A DNA stretch of 46,339 nucleotides, from contig JASLAP010000113.1 of assembly GCA_030147065.1 (NCBI GenBank), forward strand, positions 1 to 46,339, given 5' to 3'. The first letter of the stretch is position 1; each line of letters opens with the position of its first letter. Positions 1 to 9,494 of the stretch are shown piece by piece. A program made the position numbers and the translations under genes. The DNA is from Pseudonocardia sp. (GTDB lineage Bacteria > Actinomycetota > Actinomycetes > Mycobacteriales > Pseudonocardiaceae). The notes beneath the pieces are model-generated. The model searched no databases, was not told the DNA's origin, and saw only the letters and a program-made list of their open reading frames with translations.

Positions 1-1171
1 CGGCGCTGCCGCCGAGCGACTCGCCGCGCGCGGCGAAGGCGGCGACGCCGTCCGGGTCGGACACCGCGCCGCCGGGGTCGTCGTGGCGGTGCTCGGCGGC
101 GGCGGGATCTGGAACGCCGACGCCGTCCCGGCCAGCCGGGCGTCGCTGCTCGCCCCGCTGGTCACGGTGCTGGTCGTGGCGCTGGCCTGCGTCGGCTGGC
201 CGCGACTGGTGGCGGCGTGGGGGCGCGCGGCGTGGGCCCTGGCCGGGCTCGGCGCGGCCGGTGTGGTGCTGGCCTGCGCCGGAGCCCTCCCCGGCCTCGC
301 GGACCTGCTGCGGGTGGCCGTCGAGCAGGTGCCGGGCGCCGGGCTGCTGCGCGACGGGCAGAAGTGGGCGGCCTGGTGGGTGCTCGCCCTCGCCGTCGGG
401 GCCGGGGCGGGTGCCGCCCGGCTCGCCGCCGCGGCCCGTGCGGTGCGGGTGCCGGTGGCCGCGGTCGCGGCCGCCGCCCTGGCCCTGCCGGTCGTCGCGG
501 TCCCCGACCTGGCCTGGGGGGTGGGCGGGCGGCTCGACCCGGTCCGGTACCCCGCCGACTGGGACCGGGTGGCCGCCGTGCTCGCCGCCGACCCGGCCCC
601 CGGCGACGTGCTCGCGCTGCCGTTCGGGGCGGTCCGCTCGTTCGGCTGGAACGCCGGGCGCCCGCAGCTCGACCCGGCCCCGCGCTACCTGCCGCGCCCG
701 GTCGTCGTGGACGACACCCTCGTGGTGGGCAGTGTGGTGGGCAGCACGGACGGTGACGGGCCGGCCGGGGGCGGGGTCGGTTCGGCCGAGCGGGTGGTGG
801 CGGGGGAGGACCGCCGGGCCGCCGCGGTCGGGGCGGCGGTGGCCGCGGACCCGGCGGCGCTGGCGGCGCTCGGCATCGGCTGGGTGCTCGTGGAACGCGG
901 TACCCCGGGCCCGCCCGTGCCCCCGGCGGTCGCGGCGTTCCCGCAGGTCGTGGCCGGTCACTGGCTGGAGCTCCGGCGCGTCCCCGGGACGGTGGCGGCA
1001 CCGGCGGCCGACGGCGCGCGGACCGTCGCGGTGATCGGCGCGCACGCCGCCGCGCTGGCCGCGGTGCTGCTCGCGGCCGGGGCCGTCGCCGTCGACGGGC
1101 CGTTGTCATCGCGACGACGGGCGGTTACGGTCTCGCCCCGTCGGAACCACGGAAGGCGGGACACGGGATGA
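1..1171 (+). CDS. Polytopic membrane protein, Rv0226c/MmpA-like, 5' partial; first 80 bp appear inverted
   Basis: Motifs LGGGGIWNADAVP, GLLRDGQKW, PDLAWGVGGRLDPVRYP and LDPAPR recalled from the Rv0226c family; hydrophobic segments; cluster context. Confidence 0.75.
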   Translation, partial: GAAAERLAARGEGGDAVRVGHRAAGVVVAVLGGGGIWNADAVPASRASLLAPLVTVLVVALACVGWPRLVAAWGRAAWALAGLGAAGVVLACAGALPGLADLLRVAVEQVPGAGLLRDGQKWAAWWVLALAVGAGAGAARLAAAARAVRVPVAAVAAAALALPVVAVPDLAWGVGGRLDPVRYPADWDRVAAVLAADPAPGDVLALPFGAVRSFGWNAGRPQLDPAPRYLPRPVVVDDTLVVGSVVGSTDGDGPAGGGVGSAERVVAGEDRRAAAVGAAVAADPAALAALGIGWVLVERGTPGPPVPPAVAAFPQVVAGHWLELRRVPGTVAAPAADGARTVAVIGAHAAALAAVLLAAGAVAVDGPLSSRRRAVTVSPRRNHGRRDTG

Positions 1172-2418
1172 GATCTGTCGGTGCAGTGATCGCGACCCTG
1201 GCGCTCGGGGCGGCCCTCGGGGTGGCCGCGGTGTTCGCCACCGCCGCCGCGATGGCCCCGGACACCGCGGCCGCGCAGACGCCGGCCGCCCAGGTCACCT
1301 ACGGCGTGCGCTGAGCCGGCGCCGGCCGCGGCGAGCACCGCGCGGAACGCGCGGACGCTCGCCGTCCAGGTGTGGCACCCGGCCGCGGTGCGCGCCGCGG
1401 CCCCCAGCTCCCGGCGCGTCCGCGCGTCGGTGAGCAGCCCGTCCACCGCCGAGACCAGCCCGTCCAGGTCGTCCACCAGCAGCCCGGTGCGGCCGTCGCG
1501 CACCGACTCGCGCAACCCGCCCGCCGACCGGTAGGCCACCGTCGGGACCCCGTGCCCGGCGGCCTCCACCACGGCGATCCCCCACCCCTCCTTGACCGAG
1601 GGGCACACGTGCACCCAGGCCCCGGCCAGCAGTTCGTGCTTGGTCGGCTCGTCGACGAAGCCGTGGAAGACCACCCGGTCGGCGACCCCGAGCTCGGCGG
1701 TGCGGGCCCGCAGCGCGCCCTCCCACCAGCCCTCGCCGACCACGTCCAGGCGCAGGCCGGGGTGCCGGTCGGCGAGCCGGGCCACGGCCTCGACCGCGTG
1801 CTCGACGCGCTTGTGCGGCACCAGCCGGCCCAGCACGACCAGCCGCGGCGCCGGGTCGGTGACCGCGGTGGTGGCCGGGACCGGCTCGGTCCCGTTGTGC
1901 ACCACGGTGATCCGCTCGCGGGCCACGCCCAGCCCGCCCAGCTCGGCGGCCGTCGCCTCGGAGACGGCGACGTACCGGCAGCGCCGGTAGACCCGCGGCG
2001 CGACCACCGACTCCACCCACCAGCCGACCGCCCCGGCGAGCCGCCCGAACAGGATCGGCCACTGCTCGCGGTGCACGTGGTGCACCAGCACCACGACCGG
2101 CCGGCGGGTGACCAGCGGGCTGGCGAACGGCACCCCGTTCTGCACGTCGACGACCAGCCCGGGGCGGGCCCGCACCACCTGGGCCAACCCGTGCAGGTAG
2201 ACCGTCAGCCGCCCGCCGCGGCGCACGACCCGCACCCCGCCGAGGGTCTCCCGGCGCGGCGCCCGCGGGTGCGCGGCGCACAGCAGCCCGACGCGCAGGC
2301 CGTCCGCCGCCAGTCCCTCGGCAATTCGGTGGACGTACCGTTCGGATCCACCGCCCTCCGGGTGGGACAGATCCCGCCAATTCAGGAACAGTACGTCGAC
2401 CTTCGCCGCCTTTGGCAC
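958..2418 (-). CDS. Glycosyltransferase family 4 (Rv0225-like)
   Basis: LNWRD..HPEGGGSE, GRLVPHK and PSVKEGWGIAVVEA GT-B motifs; start GTG 2418 uncertain; long C-terminal run-on to the stop at 958. Confidence 0.9.
   Translation of the reverse strand: MPKAAKVDVLFLNWRDLSHPEGGGSERYVHRIAEGLAADGLRVGLLCAAHPRAPRRETLGGVRVVRRGGRLTVYLHGLAQVVRARPGLVVDVQNGVPFASPLVTRRPVVVLVHHVHREQWPILFGRLAGAVGWWVESVVAPRVYRRCRYVAVSEATAAELGGLGVARERITVVHNGTEPVPATTAVTDPAPRLVVLGRLVPHKRVEHAVEAVARLADRHPGLRLDVVGEGWWEGALRARTAELGVADRVVFHGFVDEPTKHELLAGAWVHVCPSVKEGWGIAVVEAAGHGVPTVAYRSAGGLRESVRDGRTGLLVDDLDGLVSAVDGLLTDARTRRELGAAARTAAGCHTWTASVRAFRAVLAAAGAGSAHAVGDLGGRRLRGRGVRGHRGGGGEHRGHPEGRPERQGRDHCTDRSHPVSRLPWFRRGETVTARRRDDNGPSTATAPAASSTAASAAACAPITATVRAPSAAGAATVPGTRRSSSQ
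1168..1314 (+). CDS. Small 48-aa membrane/secreted protein, DUF2613 (Rv0236A-like); absent from the ORF track
   Basis: MRSVGAVIATLALGAALGVAAVFATAAAMAPDTAAAQTPAAQVTYGVR; ATGA overlap with the upstream stop; hydrophobic N-terminus and terminal V-x-YG-x-R like Rv0236A. Confidence 0.75.
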   Translation: MRSVGAVIATLALGAALGVAAVFATAAAMAPDTAAAQTPAAQVTYGVR

Positions 2419-2483
2419 GTGGCGGAGGCTACCCGTGGGTAGGTTACCTGCCGGTACTCCATTCGGATCCATGTGAGGGGCAG

Positions 2484-3209
2484 ATGTCGCAGCACGCCAC
2501 GGTGAATCGTTCCATAAGGTTGTTCCGGGCCTTCCTGCACGAGCAGTCCGACCCGGACCGGTTCTACGCCGCGCTCGCCGACGACTCCGTGCAGTTGCTG
2601 CGCGAGCACGTGGAGCTGGCCGGGCGCACCGTGCTCGACGTCGGCGGCGGGCCCGGCTACTTCGCCGACGCCTACCGCGCGGCCGGGGCCACCTACGTCG
2701 GCATCGACCCGGACACCGGCGAGCTGTCCGCGCGCGGCGCGCCGGCCGCCGGGATGGTCCGCGGCAGCGGCCAGCAGTTGCCGGTGCGGACCGGCTCGGT
2801 GGACGTCTGCTACTCGTCGAACGTGCTCGAGCACGTGCCCCGACCTTGGCTGATGGGCGCGGAGATGATCCGGGTGACCCGCCCGGGCGGGCTGGTGCAC
2901 CTGTCGTTCACCCCGTGGCTGTCGCCGTGGGGCGGGCACGAGACCGCGCCGTGGCACTACCTCGGCGGGCACTTCGCGCGCCGGCGCTACCGGCGCCGGC
3001 ACGGCCACGAGCCCAAGAACCGCTACGCCGAGTCGCTGTTCGCGGTGTCGGTCGGGGCCGCGCTGCGCTGGGCCCGGCAGTGCCCGGACGCCACCCTGGT
3101 GGCCGCGCTGCCCCGCTACCACCCGTGGTGGGCGCGCTGGGTGGTCCGGCTCCCGCTGATCCGCGAGGTCGTCTGCTGGAACCTGGTGATCGTGCTCGAA
3201 AAGCGTTGA
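2484..3209 (+). CDS. Class I SAM-dependent methyltransferase (Rv0224c/MtrP-like)
   Basis: VLDVGGGPG motif I, YSSNVLEHV, SPWGGHET..WHYLGG; RBS GAGGGG before ATG 2484. Confidence 0.9.
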   Translation: MSQHATVNRSIRLFRAFLHEQSDPDRFYAALADDSVQLLREHVELAGRTVLDVGGGPGYFADAYRAAGATYVGIDPDTGELSARGAPAAGMVRGSGQQLPVRTGSVDVCYSSNVLEHVPRPWLMGAEMIRVTRPGGLVHLSFTPWLSPWGGHETAPWHYLGGHFARRRYRRRHGHEPKNRYAESLFAVSVGAALRWARQCPDATLVAALPRYHPWWARWVVRLPLIREVVCWNLVIVLEKR

Positions 3210-3299
3210 GGATTGCCTCTTGCCAAGAGGCTACCGGCCAGTACAGTAACGCCCCACGTGGCGGTACGCGGCTGCTCCACGACCGGAGGTCGACAATCC

Positions 3300-4280
3300 A
3301 TGCAACGACGCAGGGTAGGTTTCGGGCTGCTCGGAATCGGCTCATTCGTGGTCGGTGCCGCGGTGTGCCTGTGGCTGGTGCTGGTGCCCGCACTGGTCGT
3401 GCTGCCGCTGGACCAGACCGGGTCCAGCGTGGCCACCGGCAGCGGGCTGACCGTCTTCTACCCCGGCGACCTGACCGAGCGCAGCGGCGTCTCGGCGCGC
3501 GCCGGGCGCGACGTGATCGGCGACCCCGGCGCCCCGGACGCCACCGACGACGTCGCGGTCTGGACGGCCACCTCCCAGGTCACCGACGCCGGCGGTGCGC
3601 TCGTCTCGGTCGCCGAGGACCGGGTCTGCCTGGACCGGCGCACCGCGGTGGCGGTCTCGCCGTGCGCGTCCGAGCGGCTCAACGGCGACAACCGGGTGCG
3701 CCACGAGGGCCTGAGCTACACCTTCCCGTTCGGCACCGGCCAGCAGGACTACCCGATGTTCGACACCAGCGCGCAGGCGGCGTTCCCGGCCCGGTTCACG
3801 GCCGCCGAGGAGCTGGAGGGCCTGGCGGTCTACCGGTTCGAGCAGACGGTGCCGGAGACCGTCATCGAGCAGCGCGAGGTGCCCGGCCAGCTGGCCGGCG
3901 GCGCCGAGGGCACCTCGGTGCTCGCCGACCGGGTCTACAGCAACGTGCGCACGGTCTGGGTCGAGCCGACCACCGGCGTGATCGTCAAGGGTCAGGAGCA
4001 GCAGCGCCAGTACCTGCGCGGCCCGGACGGCACCACCGGGGTGACCCTGCTGGAGGGCACGCTCGTCTTCGACGAGGAGACCGTCGCCAACGGCCTGGAG
4101 CGGGCCCGCGAGGCGCAGGCCCGGATCACCCTGATCGGCACCACGTTGCCGTGGTCGCTGCTGGCGCTGGGCGGGCTGCTGCTGGTCGGCGGGGCGGCCC
4201 TGGTCGTCGACCGCGGCGGCCGGCACTCCGCGGGTCGCGACGCCACCGACGCGCCGGTCGGGGCGGCGTCCGGACGCTGA
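3300..4280 (+). CDS. DUF3068 membrane-anchored protein (Rv0227c-like)
   Basis: N- and C-terminal TM helices, HEGLSYTFPFGT, VWVEPTTGVIVKG; RBS GGAGG before ATG 3300. Confidence 0.85.
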   Translation: MQRRRVGFGLLGIGSFVVGAAVCLWLVLVPALVVLPLDQTGSSVATGSGLTVFYPGDLTERSGVSARAGRDVIGDPGAPDATDDVAVWTATSQVTDAGGALVSVAEDRVCLDRRTAVAVSPCASERLNGDNRVRHEGLSYTFPFGTGQQDYPMFDTSAQAAFPARFTAAEELEGLAVYRFEQTVPETVIEQREVPGQLAGGAEGTSVLADRVYSNVRTVWVEPTTGVIVKGQEQQRQYLRGPDGTTGVTLLEGTLVFDEETVANGLERAREAQARITLIGTTLPWSLLALGGLLLVGGAALVVDRGGRHSAGRDATDAPVGAASGR

Positions 4281-4302
4281 CCCGCGCCACCGCTCCCCGC
4301 CC

Positions 4303-7300
4303 GTGACCCTCCTGCTCGACCGCGCTCCGACGGGCCGCGGTCGTCTCCGGCCCGCCGCACCACCGGCCCCCTCCCCGGTGGTGCGGCGGGCCCGCCTGGC
4401 CGCCGGCTGCCTGGGGCTGACCGGCCTGGCGCTGTCCCAGGAACCCGGCCGGCTCGTCCCGGACACCAAGCTCGACCTGGCCGTGGACCCGATCGGGTTC
4501 CTCGGCCGGGCGCTCACCCTGTGGGAGCCCGAGGGCTTCGCCGGCCAGGTGCAGAACCAGGCCTACGGCTACCTGTTCCCGATGGGGCCGTTCTTCGCCG
4601 CGGGCCGGCTGGTCGGGCTGCCGGCCTGGGTGGTCCAGCGGCTGTGGCTGGCCCTGCTGATGTCGGTGGCCTTCCTCGGCGTGGTCGCGCTGGCCCGGGC
4701 GCTGCGGATCGGCACCCCGACCGGGCGGCTGGTCGGCGGGCTGGCCTACGCGCTGGCCCCGCGGATGGTCACCGAGCTGGGCGCGATCTCCATCGAGGTG
4801 CTGCCCATGGCGGTGGCGCCCTGGGTGCTGGTGCCGCTGGTGCACGGCGCGCGGCGCGGATCGCCGCGGCGGGCCGCGCTGGCCTCGGGTGCGGCGGTGT
4901 TCTGCGTCGGCGGGGTCAACGCCGCCGCCACCTCGGCGGTGCTGCCGCTGGCCGCGATCTGGCTGCTCACCCGCCGCCCCGGGCCGCGGCGCCGCGCGCT
5001 CATCGGCTGGTGGGTGGCCGCGGTCGGGCTGGCCACCGCGTGGTGGGCCGGGCCGCTGCTGCTGCTGGGCCGCTACAGCCCGCCGTTCCTGGACCTGATC
5101 GAGAGCGCGCCGGTGACCACCGGACCGGCCGAGCTGGTCAACGCGCTGCGCGGGACGACCCAGTGGGTGGCCTGGCTGGCCGGGCCGGGCGGCCCGCTGT
5201 GGCCGGCGGGCTGGGCGCTGGCCCGCGACGCGCTGCCGGTGGCGGCCACCGTCGTGCTGGCCGGCGTCGGCCTGGTCGGGCTCACCCGCCGCGACCTGCC
5301 GCAGCGCCGCTTCCTGGCGCTCGGCCTGCTGGCCGGGCTGCTGCTGGTGACCGCGGGGCACGTGGCCGCGGTCGACGGGCTGCTGGCCGGGCCGCTGCGC
5401 GCGGCGCTGGACGGGCCGCTGGCCCCGCTGCGCAACACCCACAAGTTCGACCCGGTGCTGCGGCTGCCGCTGGTGCTCGCCGCCGTCCACCTGCTGCGCC
5501 GCCCGCGGACCCCGCCGACCTCCCCGGGCCGCCGCGTTGCCGGGCCGGTGGTGGCGGTGGTGCTGGTGGGTGCCGGGATCGCCGGCGTGGCCTCGCCCGC
5601 GCTGGCCGGCCGGCTCGCCCCGGCCACCGGGTACGCCGGGCTGCCCGGGTACTGGGCGGAGACCGCCGAGCTGCTGGCCCGCGCGCAGCCGGCGGGTCGG
5701 GCGCTGCTGGTGCCGGCCTCCTCGTTCGGCACCTACGTGTGGGGCAGCCCGGCCGACGAGCCGCTGCAGCCGCTGGCCCGCAGCCCGTGGGAGGTGCGCA
5801 ACGCGGTGCCGCTCACCCCGCCGGGCCACATCCGGATGCTCGACGCGGTGCAGGACCGACTGGCCCGCGGCCAGGGCTCGGCCGGGCTGGCCCGCTACCT
5901 GGCCCGGGCCGGGATCTCGCACCTGGTGGTGCGCAACGACCTGGACACCGGCCTGGCCGGCGCCACCCGCCCGGTCCTGGTGCACCGGGCGCTGGCCGAC
6001 TCCCCGGGCATCACCCGCATCGCCGCCTTCGGTCCCGAGCTGTTCGGCTTCACCGCGCTGCCCGGCCTGGTCCAGGACGAGGGGCTGACCATCCCGTTGC
6101 CCGCCGTGGAGGTCTTCGCCGTCGCCGGGGCGGCCCAGCGGGCGTCCACAGTGGATCTGTCCGATGCGGTCGCGGTGGCCGGCGGTCCGGACGCGCTGCT
6201 GCAGCTGGAGGACCGCGGCCTGGTCACCGGTCGCCCGGCGCTCGACCCCGGCACGCCCGGCGTGCCGGGGCTGGCCGGCGACGCGCTGCGCCGCCGGGAA
6301 CGCGCCTTCGGGCGGATCGCCGACGCCGCCTCGGCCAGCCTCGCCCCCGACGACCCGCTCCGCCTGGACGGCCCGGTGCCCGACTACGCCGCGCCCGGCG
6401 CGACCCCGGCCGTCGTCCGCCTCGACGGGGCGCGGCTCACCGCGTCCGGCTCGGCGTCGGACCCGGACAGCGCGACCGGCGCCCGGCCCGAGCACCACCC
6501 GTTCGCCGCGGTCGACGGCGATCCGGGCACGGCGTGGCGGCCGGCCGTCCGCCTCGACGACGAGCCGGCCTGGCTGCGCGTGGAGACCGACCGGCCGGTG
6601 CAGGCCGCGACCGTGACCGTCGTCCTGCCTCCGGACGTGGCCGGCTCACCACCCACGGTCGCGCTGCGGACCGACACGGGGGAGTTCACGGTGCCGCTGG
6701 CGGCCACCGCGGCCCCCCAGGAACTCCTGCTGCCGCCGGGGGAGACCCGCTCGATCACGCTCACCTCGCCGACCTCGGTGTTCGGGCTGGCCGAGCTGAC
6801 GGTTCCCGGCGTGGCGGTCCGGCGCACGGTGGAGCTGCCGCCGGCGGCGGCCGGGGGCCTGGTGTTCGACGCCGCCGGGCCCGCCCGCGACGGCTGCGTG
6901 CCCGACCCGGCCGGGCGGCCGCGCTGCGCCGCCGGCCTGGTCCGCGGGGCCGAGGAGCCCGGCCCGCTCGACCGGACGCTCACCCTCGACGCCCCGGCCA
7001 CGGTGGCGGTCTCGGCCACCGCGACCCCGCGGCCCGGCCCCGCCCTCGACGCCCTGGTCGCGGCCGGGGGAACCGTGGCCACGGCGACCTCCGCGGCCGT
7101 GCCGGACCCGCGGGCCGGCCCCGGCGCGGTGCTCGACGGCGACCCGGCGACCTCCTGGCTGGCCGCGGCGCAGGACCCGGACCCGACCCTGGACCTGCGC
7201 TGGGACGGCCCGCGCACCCTCGACCGGCTCCGCCTGGTGACCGCTCCCGGAACGCCCGCCGCGCTGCCCGGCGCGGTGCAGCTGCGGGCCGGCGCCGAGG

Positions 7301-8403
7301 AGCGGACGGTCGCGATCGGCCCGGACGGCGAGGTCCGGTTCGCGCCGCTGACCACCGACCGGCTCGCGCTGCGCTTCCCGCTGTCGCTCGCGCTGTCCTC
7401 CTACGACCCCTACACCCGCGCGGTCACCCCGCTGGGCGTCGGCCTCGCCGAGGTCGAGGGGCTGCCCGCGGCCGCACCGGCGGCCACGCCCGTCGAGCTG
7501 GGCTGCGGGGCCGGCCCGCAGCTCACCCTGGACGGCCGGACCTGGCCGACCGCCCTGTCCACCACGGTCGGCGGCCTGCGGTCGCTGCGGCCGGTCCCGC
7601 TGCGGCTGTGCGGTTCGCCGCTGGCCCGGCTCGACACCGGCGGGCACCGGTTCGTCGGCGCCGGCACCGACGCGTTCGCCGTCACCGCGGCGTCGCTGCT
7701 GCCCCCGGGAGGGCCGGTCCCGGGGCGGCCGCGGCCGGAGGCGACCCCGCGCTGGGACGCCGAGAGCCGCACGGTCGAGGTCGCCGCGCGGGACGCCACC
7801 CGGCTGCTCGTCGTGCCGGAGAACGCGAACCCCGGGTGGGTCGCCACGCTGGACGGCCGCCGGCTGGAGCCCCGGACCGTCGACGGCTGGCAGCAGGGTT
7901 ACCTCCTGCCGCCCGGGCCGGCCGGCGTGGTCGAGCTCGCCTTCACCCCGGGCCCGCTCTACCGCGCGGCGCTGCTGGGCGGGGCGATCGCGGTGGGCCT
8001 GCTGCTGGCGCTGCTGGCCTGGCCGGCCCGGCGGGAGCCTCCGCCGGTGACCGGCAGCCCGGGGCGGGCCGGGGCGGTGACCGCGGTCGTGGTGACCGCC
8101 GGGATGCTGCTGCTGGCCGGGCCGCCCGGGGTGCTGGCGCTGGCCGCGGTGGCCTACGGGGCCGGCTCGGCCGGGGCCCGCCGGTCCGCGGCGCTGGCCT
8201 GGACCGCCGCGCTGGGCGTCGGCACCGCCGGGACGGCGCTGCTGCTCGGCGCCGACCCGACCGGCTCCGTGGTCACCCAGGTGGGCTGCGCGGTGGCCGT
8301 CGCGGCGGTGCTGGCCGCGGTGCTGCCGGTGCCGGCCGGGGTCCGCCGCTCGGGCACCAGGTCGCGCAGGGCCCTGGTCAGCGGGCGCTCCAGCACCCGG
8401 TGA
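4303..8403 (+). CDS. aftD: Alpha-(1->3)-arabinofuranosyltransferase AftD family (DUF3367, GT-C with carbohydrate-binding modules)
   Basis: 1366 aa; PDTKLDL, GQVQNQAYGYLFPMGPFF, RNTHKFDP, two AVDGDP.T.W-type modules, ENANPGW/DGWQQG. Confidence 0.9.
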   Translation: MTLLLDRAPTGRGRLRPAAPPAPSPVVRRARLAAGCLGLTGLALSQEPGRLVPDTKLDLAVDPIGFLGRALTLWEPEGFAGQVQNQAYGYLFPMGPFFAAGRLVGLPAWVVQRLWLALLMSVAFLGVVALARALRIGTPTGRLVGGLAYALAPRMVTELGAISIEVLPMAVAPWVLVPLVHGARRGSPRRAALASGAAVFCVGGVNAAATSAVLPLAAIWLLTRRPGPRRRALIGWWVAAVGLATAWWAGPLLLLGRYSPPFLDLIESAPVTTGPAELVNALRGTTQWVAWLAGPGGPLWPAGWALARDALPVAATVVLAGVGLVGLTRRDLPQRRFLALGLLAGLLLVTAGHVAAVDGLLAGPLRAALDGPLAPLRNTHKFDPVLRLPLVLAAVHLLRRPRTPPTSPGRRVAGPVVAVVLVGAGIAGVASPALAGRLAPATGYAGLPGYWAETAELLARAQPAGRALLVPASSFGTYVWGSPADEPLQPLARSPWEVRNAVPLTPPGHIRMLDAVQDRLARGQGSAGLARYLARAGISHLVVRNDLDTGLAGATRPVLVHRALADSPGITRIAAFGPELFGFTALPGLVQDEGLTIPLPAVEVFAVAGAAQRASTVDLSDAVAVAGGPDALLQLEDRGLVTGRPALDPGTPGVPGLAGDALRRRERAFGRIADAASASLAPDDPLRLDGPVPDYAAPGATPAVVRLDGARLTASGSASDPDSATGARPEHHPFAAVDGDPGTAWRPAVRLDDEPAWLRVETDRPVQAATVTVVLPPDVAGSPPTVALRTDTGEFTVPLAATAAPQELLLPPGETRSITLTSPTSVFGLAELTVPGVAVRRTVELPPAAAGGLVFDAAGPARDGCVPDPAGRPRCAAGLVRGAEEPGPLDRTLTLDAPATVAVSATATPRPGPALDALVAAGGTVATATSAAVPDPRAGPGAVLDGDPATSWLAAAQDPDPTLDLRWDGPRTLDRLRLVTAPGTPAALPGAVQLRAGAEERTVAIGPDGEVRFAPLTTDRLALRFPLSLALSSYDPYTRAVTPLGVGLAEVEGLPAAAPAATPVELGCGAGPQLTLDGRTWPTALSTTVGGLRSLRPVPLRLCGSPLARLDTGGHRFVGAGTDAFAVTAASLLPPGGPVPGRPRPEATPRWDAESRTVEVAARDATRLLVVPENANPGWVATLDGRRLEPRTVDGWQQGYLLPPGPAGVVELAFTPGPLYRAALLGGAIAVGLLLALLAWPARREPPPVTGSPGRAGAVTAVVVTAGMLLLAGPPGVLALAAVAYGAGSAGARRSAALAWTAALGVGTAGTALLLGADPTGSVVTQVGCAVAVAAVLAAVLPVPAGVRRSGTRSRRALVSGRSSTR

Positions 8404-9494
8404 CTGAGCGCCGCGAGCAGCAGCCCGCCACCGGCCGTCACCACCAGGACCGGCCAGAACCCGCCGGTGAACGGGGTCCACCCGGCCACCGCGTAGAACC
8501 CGACCAGCACGCTCATGTGGAACAGGAACAGCCCGTAGGACATGGTGCCCAGCCACCGCGCCGGCCGGCCGGCGAGCGCGGCCCGCAGCCGTCCGCGGCG
8601 CTGGTCGCCCAGCACCAGCGGCAGCACCAGCAGCGCCCCGGTGCCCAGGAACAGCAGGTTCTTGACCACCGCGGCGGCCGGTTCGGGCGCGGTGAGCCCG
8701 AGCGGGCCGGCCACCGGGGTGCAGGCGATCCAGAACAGCGCGCCGGCCACCGCCCAGCACGTCCCCGGGCTCGCCGCCAGCTCGCGGACCGGGCCGAACC
8801 GGCCCGGCGAGGCGACCACCACGGCCAGCGCCATCCCGGCGCAGAACCAGCCGGCGAACGCCGGCAGCCACAGGTTCAGCGGGCCGACGACCTGGGCGTC
8901 GGTCTCCACCCACAGCAGCCAGCCGGCCCCGGCCGCGGTCAGCGCGCCCAGCCCGGCCAGCACCCGCCCGGGGCGCCAGCCCGGCCCGGTCGCCTGCACC
9001 AGCCAGCGCACCAGCACCGGCAGCAGCAGGTAGAACGCGACCTCGGTGCACAGGCTCCAGGTGTGGGTCAGCCCCTCGCGGGTCCAGGACGGGCCGTAGA
9101 TCTGCAGCAGGCCCAGCTGCCGGGCCCAGTCGGCCGACCCGGTGTCCCGGTTGGCCGGGAGCAGCAGCAGGGCGAGTGCCACCGCCGCCCAGTAGGCGGG
9201 CAGGATCCGCAGCGCGCGCCGCCACAGGTAGGCCGCGGTGCGCCGCGGCGTCGCGTCCCCGGCCGCGGCCCGGAACATCGGCAGCGACAGCAGGAACCCG
9301 GCCAGCGCGAAGAACACCGCCACCGCGACGTCCAGGCGGGCCAGCGCCGGGCCGGGGAACGCCGAGGTGTAGCCGCCGGTGACGAACGCGCAGTGGGTGA
9401 CGACCACCGTCGCGGCGGCCAGCCCGCGCAGCCCGTCCAGGCAGGGGAACTCGTGCCCGCGCTCGCCCGGCACCCCACTCGCGTGCCCGCTCAC
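8154..9494 (-). CDS. Acyltransferase family 3 (Rv0228/TmaT-like)
   Basis: LDGLRGLAA, VAVFFALAGFLL, RRALRILPAYW, HTWSLCTEVAFY, SYGLFLFH, LERP; GTGA overlap with the upstream stop at 9491-9494. Confidence 0.88.
   Translation of the reverse strand: MSGHASGVPGERGHEFPCLDGLRGLAAATVVVTHCAFVTGGYTSAFPGPALARLDVAVAVFFALAGFLLSLPMFRAAAGDATPRRTAAYLWRRALRILPAYWAAVALALLLLPANRDTGSADWARQLGLLQIYGPSWTREGLTHTWSLCTEVAFYLLLPVLVRWLVQATGPGWRPGRVLAGLGALTAAGAGWLLWVETDAQVVGPLNLWLPAFAGWFCAGMALAVVVASPGRFGPVRELAASPGTCWAVAGALFWIACTPVAGPLGLTAPEPAAAVVKNLLFLGTGALLVLPLVLGDQRRGRLRAALAGRPARWLGTMSYGLFLFHMSVLVGFYAVAGWTPFTGGFWPVLVVTAGGGLLLAALSHRVLERPLTRALRDLVPERRTPAGTGSTAASTAATATAQPTWVTTEPVGSAPSSSAVPAVPTPSAAVQASAADRRAPAEPAP

Noticed and set aside
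722..744. Short duplications in coding regions (GTGGTGGGCAG x2 here; GGGGTTGCCG x2 near 14550; 12-bp degenerate repeats near 27760)
   Set aside because: In-frame low-complexity linker expansions with no sign of function.
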